A DNA stretch of 64,000 nt from assembly GCA_963707025.1 (NCBI GenBank), contig CAVPOM010000004.1:320001-384000 (forward strand). Reading direction: 5' to 3'. Of this stretch, positions 48,457 to 57,772 are shown in pieces (position 1 is the stretch's first letter; each line of letters opens with the position of its first letter). Below the pieces are notes generated by a model, which was not told where the DNA came from, ran no database searches, and worked only from the letters and a program-made list of their open reading frames with translations. Both the position numbers and the translations under genes were made by a program. The stretch is from an uncultured Verrucomicrobiae bacterium (GTDB lineage Bacteria > Verrucomicrobiota > Verrucomicrobiia > Limisphaerales > Palsa-1400).

Positions 48457-49479
48457 TCAATTGGAATAGTAAAAAGTAAACCGCACCTGCCGCGGGTCCT
48501 TGATCACCGCGAGCATCTTCGCCGGCCAGCGTTTGTAAGGGGCCGGGTCCTGCACCGCCTGCTGGCAGATGAGCGTGAGCAATTCATTGACATCGCTGAA
48601 CTGCATCTTCATCTCGCTGATCCGTCCGTCGGCATGCAGGTTGAATTCCAGCTCCACCCTTCCCGCCACACTGTCCTGCCGGTCCCTCAGCAGCTCAAAC
48701 CAGCGCGCCTGCACCGCGTCAATAAAATCCCGGTCATAATCCCCATAGACCGTCCGCACGGCGTCCACGCTGGAATCCAGCGCCACATGATTGGCCCCGC
48801 CCTCCAGGCGCATTCTGGGGTTGGGCGCTCCCGTTTGTTCCCGGGCTTGCGCCAGTGTGTGCGGCCGTTCCTGTTTCGGCTCGGTCGCGGCCGCCGCGCC
48901 GTTGTCCAAGGCGGCGGTTCCTTTGCTCTCGTTCATCTTCTCCGCCGGTTTGGCGTCCGCCAGGCCGCCCGGAGTGTCACTCGGTTTGGGCATGGCTTTG
49001 CTTTCGGCATTTTCCTTTGCCGCCGTTTCCGCTTTTGGCTCCGGCGGCGGCGAGGGCTGCAACGGCACCGACCGCGCGCCGGGGGCGACGGTTTGCATCA
49101 CCTTGTCCTGCGTGCCGTTGATTTGCGGCTGATCGGCAGGGACCTTTTTTTCCGGGTTGGCGGCCACGGTATCCGCCGTGCTGTAAAACTTGGGGTTTTC
49201 CGGCGGCTTGGCGGCGGCCAAAGCGGGGTCCACGTCCACATAGAGCAGGGGCGGCGGCTGTGGGGCTTGGGCGGCGCGCGGCGGGCGGGCGGGGTTGGCC
49301 TGCAACTTGTGCGGGGTGAGCTGCAGCCAGGCCGGCATGGCCAGGCCCTTCCAGGTAATGTGGGTTTGGCCCCACTTCCAGGCGCCGAATGCGCCCAGAT
49401 GAATGGCCAGCGACAAGGCCACCGCCTTGAGCAATAATTGCCCGGCGGCATTCGCGCCTCTGGGTTGTGCAACCGTCAT
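48457..49479 (-). CDS. TonB/TolA-like periplasmic energy transducer
   Basis: SLAIH TM motif, Pro/Ala/Lys linker, C-terminal VQARW..FNLHADG..APY; adjacent to exbBD. Confidence 0.7.
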   Translation of the reverse strand: MTVAQPRGANAAGQLLLKAVALSLAIHLGAFGAWKWGQTHITWKGLAMPAWLQLTPHKLQANPARPPRAAQAPQPPPLLYVDVDPALAAAKPPENPKFYSTADTVAANPEKKVPADQPQINGTQDKVMQTVAPGARSVPLQPSPPPEPKAETAAKENAESKAMPKPSDTPGGLADAKPAEKMNESKGTAALDNGAAAATEPKQERPHTLAQAREQTGAPNPRMRLEGGANHVALDSSVDAVRTVYGDYDRDFIDAVQARWFELLRDRQDSVAGRVELEFNLHADGRISEMKMQFSDVNELLTLICQQAVQDPAPYKRWPAKMLAVIKDPRQVRFTFYYSN

Positions 49480-49575
49480 CCTACCAACATGTTCCCACAT
49501 CCCTGAGAATTCGCAACACCGCGCAAGGGACTTCTCCTCCCCCGGGTGCATCTCACTTTACGGGGTATCCTCCGC

Positions 49576-49611
49576 TGATCTTAATCTTAATCTTAATCCT
49601 AATCTTAATCT
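49576..49611 (+). repeat. (TAATCY)n hexamer array
   Basis: TGATCT TAATCT TAATCT TAATCC TAATCT TAATCT. Confidence 0.85.
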
Positions 49612-49641
49612 CCTTCGTGAAGTGACATGCGCCATCCCCCC

Positions 49642-50658
49642 TTACTCCTTCTTTTCCTCCACCCTCTTTTCCAATTCCTTGACCCGGCGGATCAGCTCGG
49701 GCAGTTGATGCAGGGCGATGATTTCGCGCTTGGCCTGGCGGTCCGGTTGCGCCGGGGCGCCCAGCCATTTGCCCCCGTCAGGAATGTCGTGCATGACCCC
49801 GGATTGCGCGGCCACGATGACCTGGCGGCCGATTTTCAGATGGCCCGCGACGCCCACTTGTCCGGCCAGGGTGCTGTAGCTGCCAATCTCGGTGCTGCCG
49901 GCCACCCCCACTTGCGCCACCACCAGGCAATGTTCCCCAACGCTCACGTTGTGGGCAATCTGCACCAGATTGTCTATTTTGGTGCCGCGTCCGATCACCG
50001 TCGGGCCCAGCGCGCCCCGGTCTATGGTCACGTTGGCCCCAATTTCCACGTCGTCCTGAATGATGACCATCCCGGCTTGCGGCACCTTGCGATGGATGCC
50101 CCCGTCCAACACGTAGCCGAAGCCATCCGCCCCGATCACCGCCCCGGCATGGATGCGCACCCGCTGGCCGATCCGGGTCAATGGATAAAGTGTGACCCCC
50201 GGAAACAAATTCGTGTCCGCTCCAACCACGCTGTTTTCCCCCACGTGGTTCCCGCCTTGCAAAACGGCGCGCGCGCCAATCTGCACATTTTCCCCCAGGT
50301 GACAAAACGGGCCGACATGTGCCGTGGCATCAATCTGCGCGGAAGCCGCGATCAGCGCGCTGGCGTGGACCCCGGCGGGAAATATTTTTTCCGGGAAGAA
50401 CCACGGCAAGGCCCGGGCAAAGGCAATCCGGGCGTTGCGGACGCGAATCAGCACTTTGCGGGCCGAGGTGAAGGGGCCGTCCACCAGAATGGCGGCGGCG
50501 GCGCTTTGTTCGGCTTTGGCGAAAAAAGCCTCGCTTTCAGCGAAGGTCAGATCGCCCGCCTTGGCCGTGTCGGCGGGCGCGAAACCGCTCAGGACAACCG
50601 AGCCATCGCCCAGGACTTCTCCCTGGAGATCTTGTGCAAGTTGGGCGGCGGTTAGCAT
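49642..50658 (-). CDS. lpxD: UDP-3-O-acyl-glucosamine N-acyltransferase
   Basis: [34 protein letters not shown]; hexapeptide repeats. Confidence 0.95.
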   Translation of the reverse strand: MLTAAQLAQDLQGEVLGDGSVVLSGFAPADTAKAGDLTFAESEAFFAKAEQSAAAAILVDGPFTSARKVLIRVRNARIAFARALPWFFPEKIFPAGVHASALIAASAQIDATAHVGPFCHLGENVQIGARAVLQGGNHVGENSVVGADTNLFPGVTLYPLTRIGQRVRIHAGAVIGADGFGYVLDGGIHRKVPQAGMVIIQDDVEIGANVTIDRGALGPTVIGRGTKIDNLVQIAHNVSVGEHCLVVAQVGVAGSTEIGSYSTLAGQVGVAGHLKIGRQVIVAAQSGVMHDIPDGGKWLGAPAQPDRQAKREIIALHQLPELIRRVKELEKRVEEKKE

Positions 50659-50731
50659 GAAATGATGGCCATCGGGCAGGATGGAGGAGGCGGAAAAATT
50701 GTAATGCGTCCGTCATGGCTGGGCCGGGAAG

Positions 50732-50769
50732 GGCAGGGCGGGTCCCGAAATATCGGGACCCGCCCTGCC
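50732..50769. terminator. GC-rich hairpin between panD and lpxD
   Basis: GGCAGGGCGGGTCCCGA-AATA-TCGGGACCCGCCCTGCC perfect stem; no U-tract, so it may be a REP. Confidence 0.45.
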
Positions 50770-50803
50770 ACCCAGGACGGACGCATTGCGGAAAATGTCC
50801 GGT

Positions 50804-51166
50804 TCATACGCCCCGTTCATTGATGATCTTGTTCCCCTCGCCCAGGACGATGACGCGGGGATGCCATCCTTTGGCTTCGCTCTGCTCGATCCAGCCGAAG
50901 CTCATGATGGTCAGGCGGTCGCCCGCCTTGCCCAAATGGGACGTCGCCCCGTTGAGGATGATCGCCCCCGAACCGGCCTCGCCGGCGATGGCGTAGGTCT
51001 CGAAGCGCTCGCCATTGGCCATGTTGCTGGCCAGGATTCTCTCGTGGACCAGCAGGCCGGCTTTTTCCATCAAAGCCCGGTCAATGGTCAGGCTGCCCTC
51101 GTAATTGAGGTTGCTCCCGGTGATTTGGGCCCGATGAATTTTCGATTTCAATATTTCCACCTGCAT
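50804..51166 (-). CDS. panD: Aspartate 1-decarboxylase
   Basis: LKSKIHRA, NYEGSLTID, NGERFETY, LNGA. Confidence 0.95.
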   Translation of the reverse strand: MQVEILKSKIHRAQITGSNLNYEGSLTIDRALMEKAGLLVHERILASNMANGERFETYAIAGEAGSGAIILNGATSHLGKAGDRLTIMSFGWIEQSEAKGWHPRVIVLGEGNKIINERGV

Positions 51167-51456
51167 AATCGGAACAGTTCCGGCAACCCCTCAGTCTTGG
51201 ATGGTAGGGCGCGCACTCCGTGCGCGCCGCGGCGGGCAACCCAGTGCCCGCCCCGCCTTTCCTGGCCTCCATAATAAATACTGACCGGTTGCCATTCCCC
51301 GTTTTTTCTCCCGCAGTCGGGCGGAGGACGGCAAGTCGCTGGTTGACGCGAAATTCGCCGCCCACTATAAAGGAGCCGTCATTCGAAATTCAACTCTAAG
51401 TTTTGGCCCGCGCCAGCGCGGACACTTTATTGATCAGTCAACCATAACGAATATTT

Positions 51457-52647
51457 ATGCCAAACAAACCTCTCAACGTCGGCTTGGTCGGCGGCGGTCG
51501 CGGCGCCTTCATCGTTCACCCCCATCAGAAGGCCATTCATTTTGACGGCACCCGCCGGGTGGTGGCGGGCGCGCTCTTTCCCGATCCCAAAATCGCCCTG
51601 GAAGAAGCCGCCCACTGGCCCTACCCCATCAAGGGTTACGGCTCCTACGACGACATGATCGCCGCCAATGCCACTTTGCCGGAAGGCGAAAGGCTGGATT
51701 ACATCCTCATCGTCACCCCCAACTTCGTCCACTTCGACCCCGCCATGAAGGCCCTCAAAGCCGGCATCCCGGTCTTCTGCGAAAAACCCCTTTGCCTGAA
51801 CCTCAAGGAAGCCGGCACCCTGGTCAAGACCGCACGCAAACTGGGCGTTCCCTTCGGCGTGGCCCACACCTATTTGGGCCATTGGACCAGCCGCCTCAGC
51901 CGCTACATCGTCCGCGCCGGCCTCCTCGGCCAGGTCCGCTGGGTGGACTCCTTTTACCTCCAGGGCTGGCTGGCCACCAAGCTCGAAGCCAGCGGCCAGC
52001 AACAGGCCGTTTGGCGGGTGGACCCCAAACGCGCCGGCGGCTCCGGCTGCGGCGGCGACATCGGCACCCATGCCCTCATGCAACTGCGCTTCGTCACCGG
52101 CTTGGACGTCACCGCCGTCTCCGCCCAACTGGAAACCTTCGTCCAGGGCCGCCAACTGGACGACCATTTCACCATCTATTGCAAACTCAGCAACGGCGGC
52201 AGCGCCCTGGTCCGCGCCTCGCAAATTTGCATCGGCTCCAAGAATGACCTCGGCATCCTCATCGCCGGGACCAAAGGCACCCTCCACTGGCGCGCAGAAG
52301 AACCGGAGAGCCTCACCGTCTGCACGGCCGGCCAGCCCGACCGCACCTATTGGCGCGGCGCCGTCTCCCCCGGCGACGGCTTTCTGCCCAAGGACATGCC
52401 CGCCGATCTCATGGCCGAGCCGACCCTTCCCAGCGGCCATCCCGAAGCCTTCCACGACGCCTTCGCCCGTCTCCATCGTTGTTTCGAAGCCGACGTGCGC
52501 CATTGGCAGGCCGGCGGCAAATTCATCGGCGACGGCAGCAAATACGCCAACATTGAGGACGGCTGGATGGGCCTGGCCTTCATTGATTCCTGCGTCAAGA
52601 GCAGCGCCAAAAAAGGCGCCTGGACCTCCTTGCCCAAAAAGATTTGA
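51457..52647 (+). CDS. Gfo/Idh/MocA oxidoreductase
   Basis: GLVGGG.GAFI, VTPN.VH, CEKP, YLQGWL, GDIGTHA. Confidence 0.9.
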   Translation: MPNKPLNVGLVGGGRGAFIVHPHQKAIHFDGTRRVVAGALFPDPKIALEEAAHWPYPIKGYGSYDDMIAANATLPEGERLDYILIVTPNFVHFDPAMKALKAGIPVFCEKPLCLNLKEAGTLVKTARKLGVPFGVAHTYLGHWTSRLSRYIVRAGLLGQVRWVDSFYLQGWLATKLEASGQQQAVWRVDPKRAGGSGCGGDIGTHALMQLRFVTGLDVTAVSAQLETFVQGRQLDDHFTIYCKLSNGGSALVRASQICIGSKNDLGILIAGTKGTLHWRAEEPESLTVCTAGQPDRTYWRGAVSPGDGFLPKDMPADLMAEPTLPSGHPEAFHDAFARLHRCFEADVRHWQAGGKFIGDGSKYANIEDGWMGLAFIDSCVKSSAKKGAWTSLPKKI

Positions 52648-52667
52648 ATCATTCGCGCCCCGGCCGG

Positions 52668-53020
52668 TGTGTAGCGTTGCGCCTGTGGCGCAAGCCCCGA
52701 TTCTTCCCGCTTCCGGGGAGCGCACGCGCCCTCGCGTGCTGCGGGCCGCGCCTCGCGGCCCGCTTTACCCCCCCCCGTCCATTTAGGATTTCTGCTCGCA
52801 GGCAAACCCCGCCTCCCAGCGCCGTAGGCGCGCCATCTTTGTAGATCCCCGGAACTAAAAATCTCCAACCCCGTGGGGGCGGCATATTCCCAAACCGGTC
52901 TCCAATCTCCAAGCCGCAGCCCCAACGCGGCGAATGACAATAGCCCGGGTCAAAGCGAGTCCGCGACGGCCGCCCTGGGTCACGAATCCCGAACACAAGT
53001 CAAGCCCTGCGAGGGCGAAT
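52668..53020. repeat. Cluster of REP-like palindromic elements
   Basis: GGGGAGCGCACGCGCCCTCGCGTG (cf. 45144), AGCGCCGTAGGCGCG, CCCCGTGGGGG, GCCCTGCGAGGGC. Confidence 0.5.
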
Positions 53021-53189
53021 GAGAACGTTAAACGGAGAAGCGGTCAGAATCAGCTTTGTCCCGTCCCGCCCAACGTCAGCCATGATTCAAATGCAAATCG
53101 GCCAAAGCCACAGTTTGACCCGTTCGACGCAATCAACGCGCAAATCTCGCCCCCTCCTGCGCGGTAAATGACCCTTTAATGAGAGGCTC

Positions 53190-54320
53190 CTACCAACGCG
53201 GGGTCACGGCAATCCCCGGCATCCGCCTTGCCGCCATCCAATTAACATCGCGCCGTGGTCCATTGGTTGTAATAAACGAATCAGTCCAATCCGGACCAAG
53301 CCGAAGGTACACATAGCTAGCCCCTCTGATTGGCTGTAAGGTGCTCTGATCCAGCCATTTGTGGATTTCCGCATGCCCATCGGCAAAGCTCATGCTACCC
53401 GATCCATCGTGGTAGGAGCCGGGCAGTGAATGCCATTGGCTACAGTCGGGATAACCGGCAATGGGGATAATGGGGACAGGGATAGGACAAAAAAACTGCC
53501 GGCTGTAAATGCTATCCGGATGTTCATCCCCCATGACAAAAGTCATGGCTGGCTGACGAAAGTCCGCCATCTTTTGAAAAGGGATGCCAGGAGGACAGGG
53601 CTGCCCCTCGAAAATGGGGTACATGGAGGCGTCAGCGGGATTCCCGGTAATCAACCAATTCATGGAGACACTTCTGAGACGCGGCGTCTGACCGGGTTCC
53701 TGGCTTTTGTCGGAAGGACAATGGAAAACGTAATAATTATTCACCAGGTAAGGCCCTAGCGCGCAATTGGTGAGCAGGGTGTAATTGGTGTTGTCGGAGT
53801 CCGGCAAATACCAGCATCCACCCCCGGTCGGACCTGGCGTGGGATACTCCTGCATTAACTCCCAGCCCGACACCCAGTTCCTGGGGTCATCGTCGGCACC
53901 CTCCTCCGGATCCCCCATCGAGTTCCACGACAGCCAGTCCTTGTTATCCTCGGCATACATGGTCCACGCATAAATCAACTGCTTCTCATTGTTGTTGCAG
54001 GCGGTGCCCTGGGCTCTGGCCTTGGCTCTTGACAGCGTCGGCAGCAACAACGCCGCCAGAATGGCGATGATCCCGATGACCACCAGCAATTCAATCAAAG
54101 TGAACCCCAGGCCAAACCCCCTCCGGCCACACCCAGCATGGCTTCCCGCCTGCCTCTGCCGCAACGGGCTTATCTGGACGAGACTGCCCCCATGCGATTC
54201 TGGCCATTCCCTCGCCCCACGAAGTGGGGAGAGGGCCAGGGAGAGGGGTTCCTTCAATCCAAAGGTGGCAGTGCCAGGATGCGCGCCGCGCCACTGCCTT
54301 GGCTTTTCTATTAATTTCAT
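53190..54320 (-). CDS. Prepilin-type N-methylation / H-X9-DG-CTERM protein
   Basis: [27 protein letters not shown] and [16 protein letters not shown]; leader contains a MITE; start uncertain. Confidence 0.88.
   Translation of the reverse strand: MKLIEKPRQWRGAHPGTATFGLKEPLSLALSPLRGAREWPESHGGSLVQISPLRQRQAGSHAGCGRRGFGLGFTLIELLVVIGIIAILAALLLPTLSRAKARAQGTACNNNEKQLIYAWTMYAEDNKDWLSWNSMGDPEEGADDDPRNWVSGWELMQEYPTPGPTGGGCWYLPDSDNTNYTLLTNCALGPYLVNNYYVFHCPSDKSQEPGQTPRLRSVSMNWLITGNPADASMYPIFEGQPCPPGIPFQKMADFRQPAMTFVMGDEHPDSIYSRQFFCPIPVPIIPIAGYPDCSQWHSLPGSYHDGSGSMSFADGHAEIHKWLDQSTLQPIRGASYVYLRLGPDWTDSFITTNGPRRDVNWMAARRMPGIAVTPRW
54166..54287. mobile_element. Degenerate MITE carrying a CCCTCTCCC-type palindrome
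   Basis: Similar to 42922-43038; right end GGTGGCAGTGCCAGGATGCGC resembles the TIR at 61131-61152. Confidence 0.55.
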
Positions 54321-54603
54321 ACGCAATCAAAACGCCAATCAGAAACGCGCACTCGTACCAGCTCGCTTCCATCTGCGCAACAAAGACGGGCCTCGTCATC
54401 CAACCTGGTCCTATATTCGTTCGGTACCGTCACTTACCTTACCATAATCCATCCCCAAAAGCAACGAAAAAAGACCGTTAAAAAATCGCGCTATTTGAAA
54501 AATCCATTGACACTATGCTCATTTAGTTTATTCTGTGGACGGGCTGGCGATCCACTCGTCCGGCGGAAAACAACACGACAGGTTATGGTTTAAGGAGGAT
54601 GAT

Positions 54604-57600
54604 ATGAGGAATGGCAAAATTGCAAAACTGCTCTCCACCGTCCGGGATGAGCTCAATGTGCGCATGGACAACGGCGAAAACGGCGGAAAACTTCTGCGCT
54701 GGCTCAACGGACTTCCTGAAGTCAAGGCGACGCTCCAGGCCAGCTTTGGCGGCCAGCCCGTCAGCAAGCAAAATCTCTGCGAATGGCGCCAGGGCGGCTT
54801 CCGCGAATGGCAGCTTCATTACCAATGGATTCATCAGGCTTATGAACTCAACCGGCTCACCACCGACATGGAGCAAGTGCTGGATGCGCCCATGCTGGCC
54901 GGCGACATGGCCAAACTGCTGGCTGTCCGCTACGCCGCCCTCCTCAACACCTGGGATGGCGAGGCGGACCCGAAATTCGAGCGCGGCCTCCGCCTGCTGC
55001 GCGGCCTGGGCCAGGACATCGCCTTGCTGCAAAGGACCTTGCATCGCTCCAGCCTCCAGGAAATTGCCTCCGACCAGCATTTTGAGGACGACTGCAACAA
55101 GAGAAGGGAGAAAATAAGGGGGATGGCCATGGCCCCCATTTTGGCCAGGATGGAACAGAACAACCTGGAAAGGCTGTTTGGCAACTATGTGGACGAAGCG
55201 GCGGCCAGACGGCTCGCCGAATTTGTCACCGCCATCAAATTTAACCTGCCGCTGCCCAAAACGCCCCGACCGGAGCCGCCCGGTCAAACCTCCCGGTCAA
55301 ACCCAAAGGCCCCGGCCGCCACTGTAGCCGCGGTCTGCGACCGTCGCACTCGTCGAACCTCCCGGTCAACCCCGGCGCCCGCGCCGGTTGTAGCGGCGGT
55401 CTGTGACCGTCGCACTCCTCAAACCTCCCGGTCAAACCCGGCGCCGGCGCGGGTTGTAGCGGCGGTCTGTGACCGCCGCACTCGTCAAACCTCCCGGTCA
55501 AACCCGGCGCCATCGGCCCAGCCACTCAACCCCTCTCAGCCCCCGCCAGCGCCGCCCGGTCAAACTGCTTTGCCCCCGGCTGCCCGGCCGGCTGTGCCCG
55601 TCACGGCCGCCGAAGAGCCGCCCGGTCAAACCGGGTCAAACGTTGCGCCAGTGAAGTTGGTTGGAACGCGGGTGAAAGTCCCGCCCGTCGAATTAGGCTG
55701 TTCACGACGGAACACGACCTCAACAGCGCCGCCGCGAGGCGGGGTTGGAAGCTGAGGGAGATGAACAGACGGGCCGTAATGAAAATGAACCACATCCAAT
55801 GAGCCTCGATAAGTTTAGAACCGGAGACAAGCCGAGCCGCTGTTTGACCGGCGAAGGCCGCAGGGAGGAGGCAGGGCAACAGTCAGAGCCTTCTCAACGC
55901 TCCGGCGGGGTCGGCGTGGACGGCACGTCTGGAAGTTCAACCAAGGTAAGCTGGGAGAACTCCGGCGGCGGGCGGCCAGCCCAACCGCCCGCGCAAGCTG
56001 GCAAGACCAGTCAGGCGAGCGGCCCTGCCGGAGAAGTCGGAGTTCCTCATAGTAGCGTGGACTTGTTTGCGCTCCAGGCGGATTTCCGCCGGGAGTTGCG
56101 CGAGCGAACGCAAAGGGGGAACACTTGCTCAATGCGTGGAGGCGAAGCGAAGGATGCGGGGATGGCCGGGGCGACCCGGATAGCAACCCCGGAGAAAGTT
56201 CGGCAGCTTCAAATCGCGCTCTATCGGAAAGCCAAAGCAGAGCCGAAGTATCGGTTCTGGAGCCTGTATGGGGAATTGCTGCGCAAGGACGTGCTCGAAA
56301 CCGCCTTGGCAGCGCAACAGCGCAACGGCGGGGCCGCGGGAGTGGACGGACAGAGTATGGAGTCCATCACCGCCGACCCGGCCCTGCGCCAGCAATGGCT
56401 CGACCGCCTGCAAGCAGAACTCAAAGCCAAGACGTATCGGGCCAGCCCGGTGCGGCGGGTGATGATTCCCAAGAGCAGCGGAGGGGAACGGCCGTTGGGC
56501 ATCCCGACGGTCAAGGACCGGGTGGTGCAAACGGCGGTGTATCTGGTGCTGATGCCGATCTTGGAGGCGGACTTTCATCCGCGCTCCTACGGCTTTCGGC
56601 CCAAACGCCGGGCACACCAAGCCATTGCGGAAATCCAACAAGCAGTGCAGCAAGGCTACGTGGAAATCATCAACGCGGACCTGACGAAATATTTCGACAC
56701 GATTCCGCACCGGGAACTGATGAAGGCCGTGGCCCGGCGGGTCAGCGACGGCAGCGTGCTGCGGCTCCTCAAGAGCTGGCTGCGCGCCCCGGTCGCGGAG
56801 GAAGACCAGGACGGCACCAAGCGAGTGATCCCCAACCGGCGCGGCACGCCGCAAGGCGGGGTCATCTCGCCGCTGCTGGCCAACCTCTACCTCAACCCGC
56901 TGGATCACGGGGTGAACGAGAAAACCTCCGGCCAAGCCCGCATGGTGCGCTACGCCGATGACTTTGTCATCGCGTGCGCGGCGGGGTGCGGCGGAGGGCT
57001 GATAGCGCGGCTCAAGAAATGGCTTCGAGCCAAAGGGCTGACCCTCAACGAAGTCAAAACCCGAATTGTGAACATTCGCAAGGAAGGGATCAACTTCCTG
57101 GGCTTCAACCTGACCTGGCGCAAGTCCTTTGGAGGGCGCGGCTACCTGCACGTTCAACCCAGCCAGAAAAGCCGGGGGGCCCTGCGCGAGAAACTGGGCG
57201 GCATCCTCAACCACTGGACGCAGGGGCGTCCGATACAGGAGGTGGTCAAAGAGGTCAACCAAGTCTTGCGCGGATGGGCGGGCTACTTCCACTACGGCAA
57301 CAGCGTCTCGGTGATGAACCGGATGAAACACTACAGCCAAAACCGCTTTCGGCGCTGGCTGTGGCGCAAACACGGTTGCCGCCGCAGCCTGTGGGAACAC
57401 TACGTTCCCGAGCAGTTGCACCAGCGTTATGGACTCTATGAACTGCCGACCACGGCGAAGTGGAAGGCGGCCCGATGAATGAGTTCGGAGAGCCGAATAT
57501 GGGAAATCCGTCCGTTCGGTTCGATGAGGGGCGAAGTGGCAGCGCGAGACTGACAACTGCGGTCAGTTCAATCCGCCTCCTTCCACTTCGCCTACTCTAC

Positions 57601-57648
57601 CAGAAAAGCCGGTTTGACTTGGGCACGACCCCGCCCCTCCACCCGTGA
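54604..57648 (+). CDS. Intron-interrupted hypothetical protein (exons 54604-55641 and 57601-57648) with putative HTH N-terminus and repeat tail
   Basis: Open frame up to the intron; splicing joins ..GQTGSN to QKSRFDLGTTPPLHP* in frame. Confidence 0.7.
55283..55511 (+). repeat. 66-69-bp in-frame tandem repeat (~3.4 units) with a GTAG-REP palindrome and paired GTCAAAC motifs
   Basis: Units start at 55283, 55352, 55418 and 55484. Confidence 0.85.
55642..57600 (+). mobile_element. Group II intron, copy 2 (1959 bp)
   Basis: GTTGCG start; EBS1-like loop 55840-55848; domain V at 57490-57522 with AGC triad; domain VI with bulged A at -7; ends CTCTAC. Confidence 0.95.
56162..57478 (+). CDS. ltrA: Group II intron reverse transcriptase/maturase without endonuclease domain
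   Basis: AAGVDG, RPLGIPTVKDR, SYGFRP, ADLTKYFD, GTPQGG, RYADD, FLGF, X domain LRGWAGYF. Confidence 0.95.
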   Translation: MAGATRIATPEKVRQLQIALYRKAKAEPKYRFWSLYGELLRKDVLETALAAQQRNGGAAGVDGQSMESITADPALRQQWLDRLQAELKAKTYRASPVRRVMIPKSSGGERPLGIPTVKDRVVQTAVYLVLMPILEADFHPRSYGFRPKRRAHQAIAEIQQAVQQGYVEIINADLTKYFDTIPHRELMKAVARRVSDGSVLRLLKSWLRAPVAEEDQDGTKRVIPNRRGTPQGGVISPLLANLYLNPLDHGVNEKTSGQARMVRYADDFVIACAAGCGGGLIARLKKWLRAKGLTLNEVKTRIVNIRKEGINFLGFNLTWRKSFGGRGYLHVQPSQKSRGALREKLGGILNHWTQGRPIQEVVKEVNQVLRGWAGYFHYGNSVSVMNRMKHYSQNRFRRWLWRKHGCRRSLWEHYVPEQLHQRYGLYELPTTAKWKAAR

Positions 57649-57657
57649 GCGTTGTCC

Positions 57658-57693
57658 CATTCCTAATCTTAATCCTAATCTTAATCCTAATCT
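57658..57693 (+). repeat. (TAATCY)n hexamer array
   Basis: CATTCC TAATCT TAATCC TAATCT TAATCC TAATCT. Confidence 0.85.
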
Positions 57694-57772
57694 CCTCCTG
57701 TCGGTTTGAACACGCTCGTTCGGCCCGGAACCGCTCGACTTGCTTTCGACCCCTTCCTAACATCCGCACGCA

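Noticed and set aside
55283..55511. CRISPR array
   Set aside because: Linkers are mutually similar and short, the array is in frame in a CDS, and there are no cas genes.
55657..55662. UUGGUU as EBS2
   Set aside because: It could pair with -13..-8 of both exons, but it lies 16 nt from the intron 5' end, not where EBS2 is expected; cannot be supported without folding.
55745..56161. 139-aa N-terminal extension of the RT (also 12697-13113)
   Set aside because: It reads through ribozyme domains I-III; ATG 56162 with a GA-rich upstream region is the more plausible start.
56162..57478. DGR, retron or defence RT
   Set aside because: YADD RT with X domain inside a complete group II RNA; no TR/VR pair or msr-msd seen.
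55625..57618. IIC-like hairpin targeting (GTCAAACCGG / CCGGTTTGAC around the copy 2 site)
   Set aside because: No equivalent hairpin at the copy 1 site.
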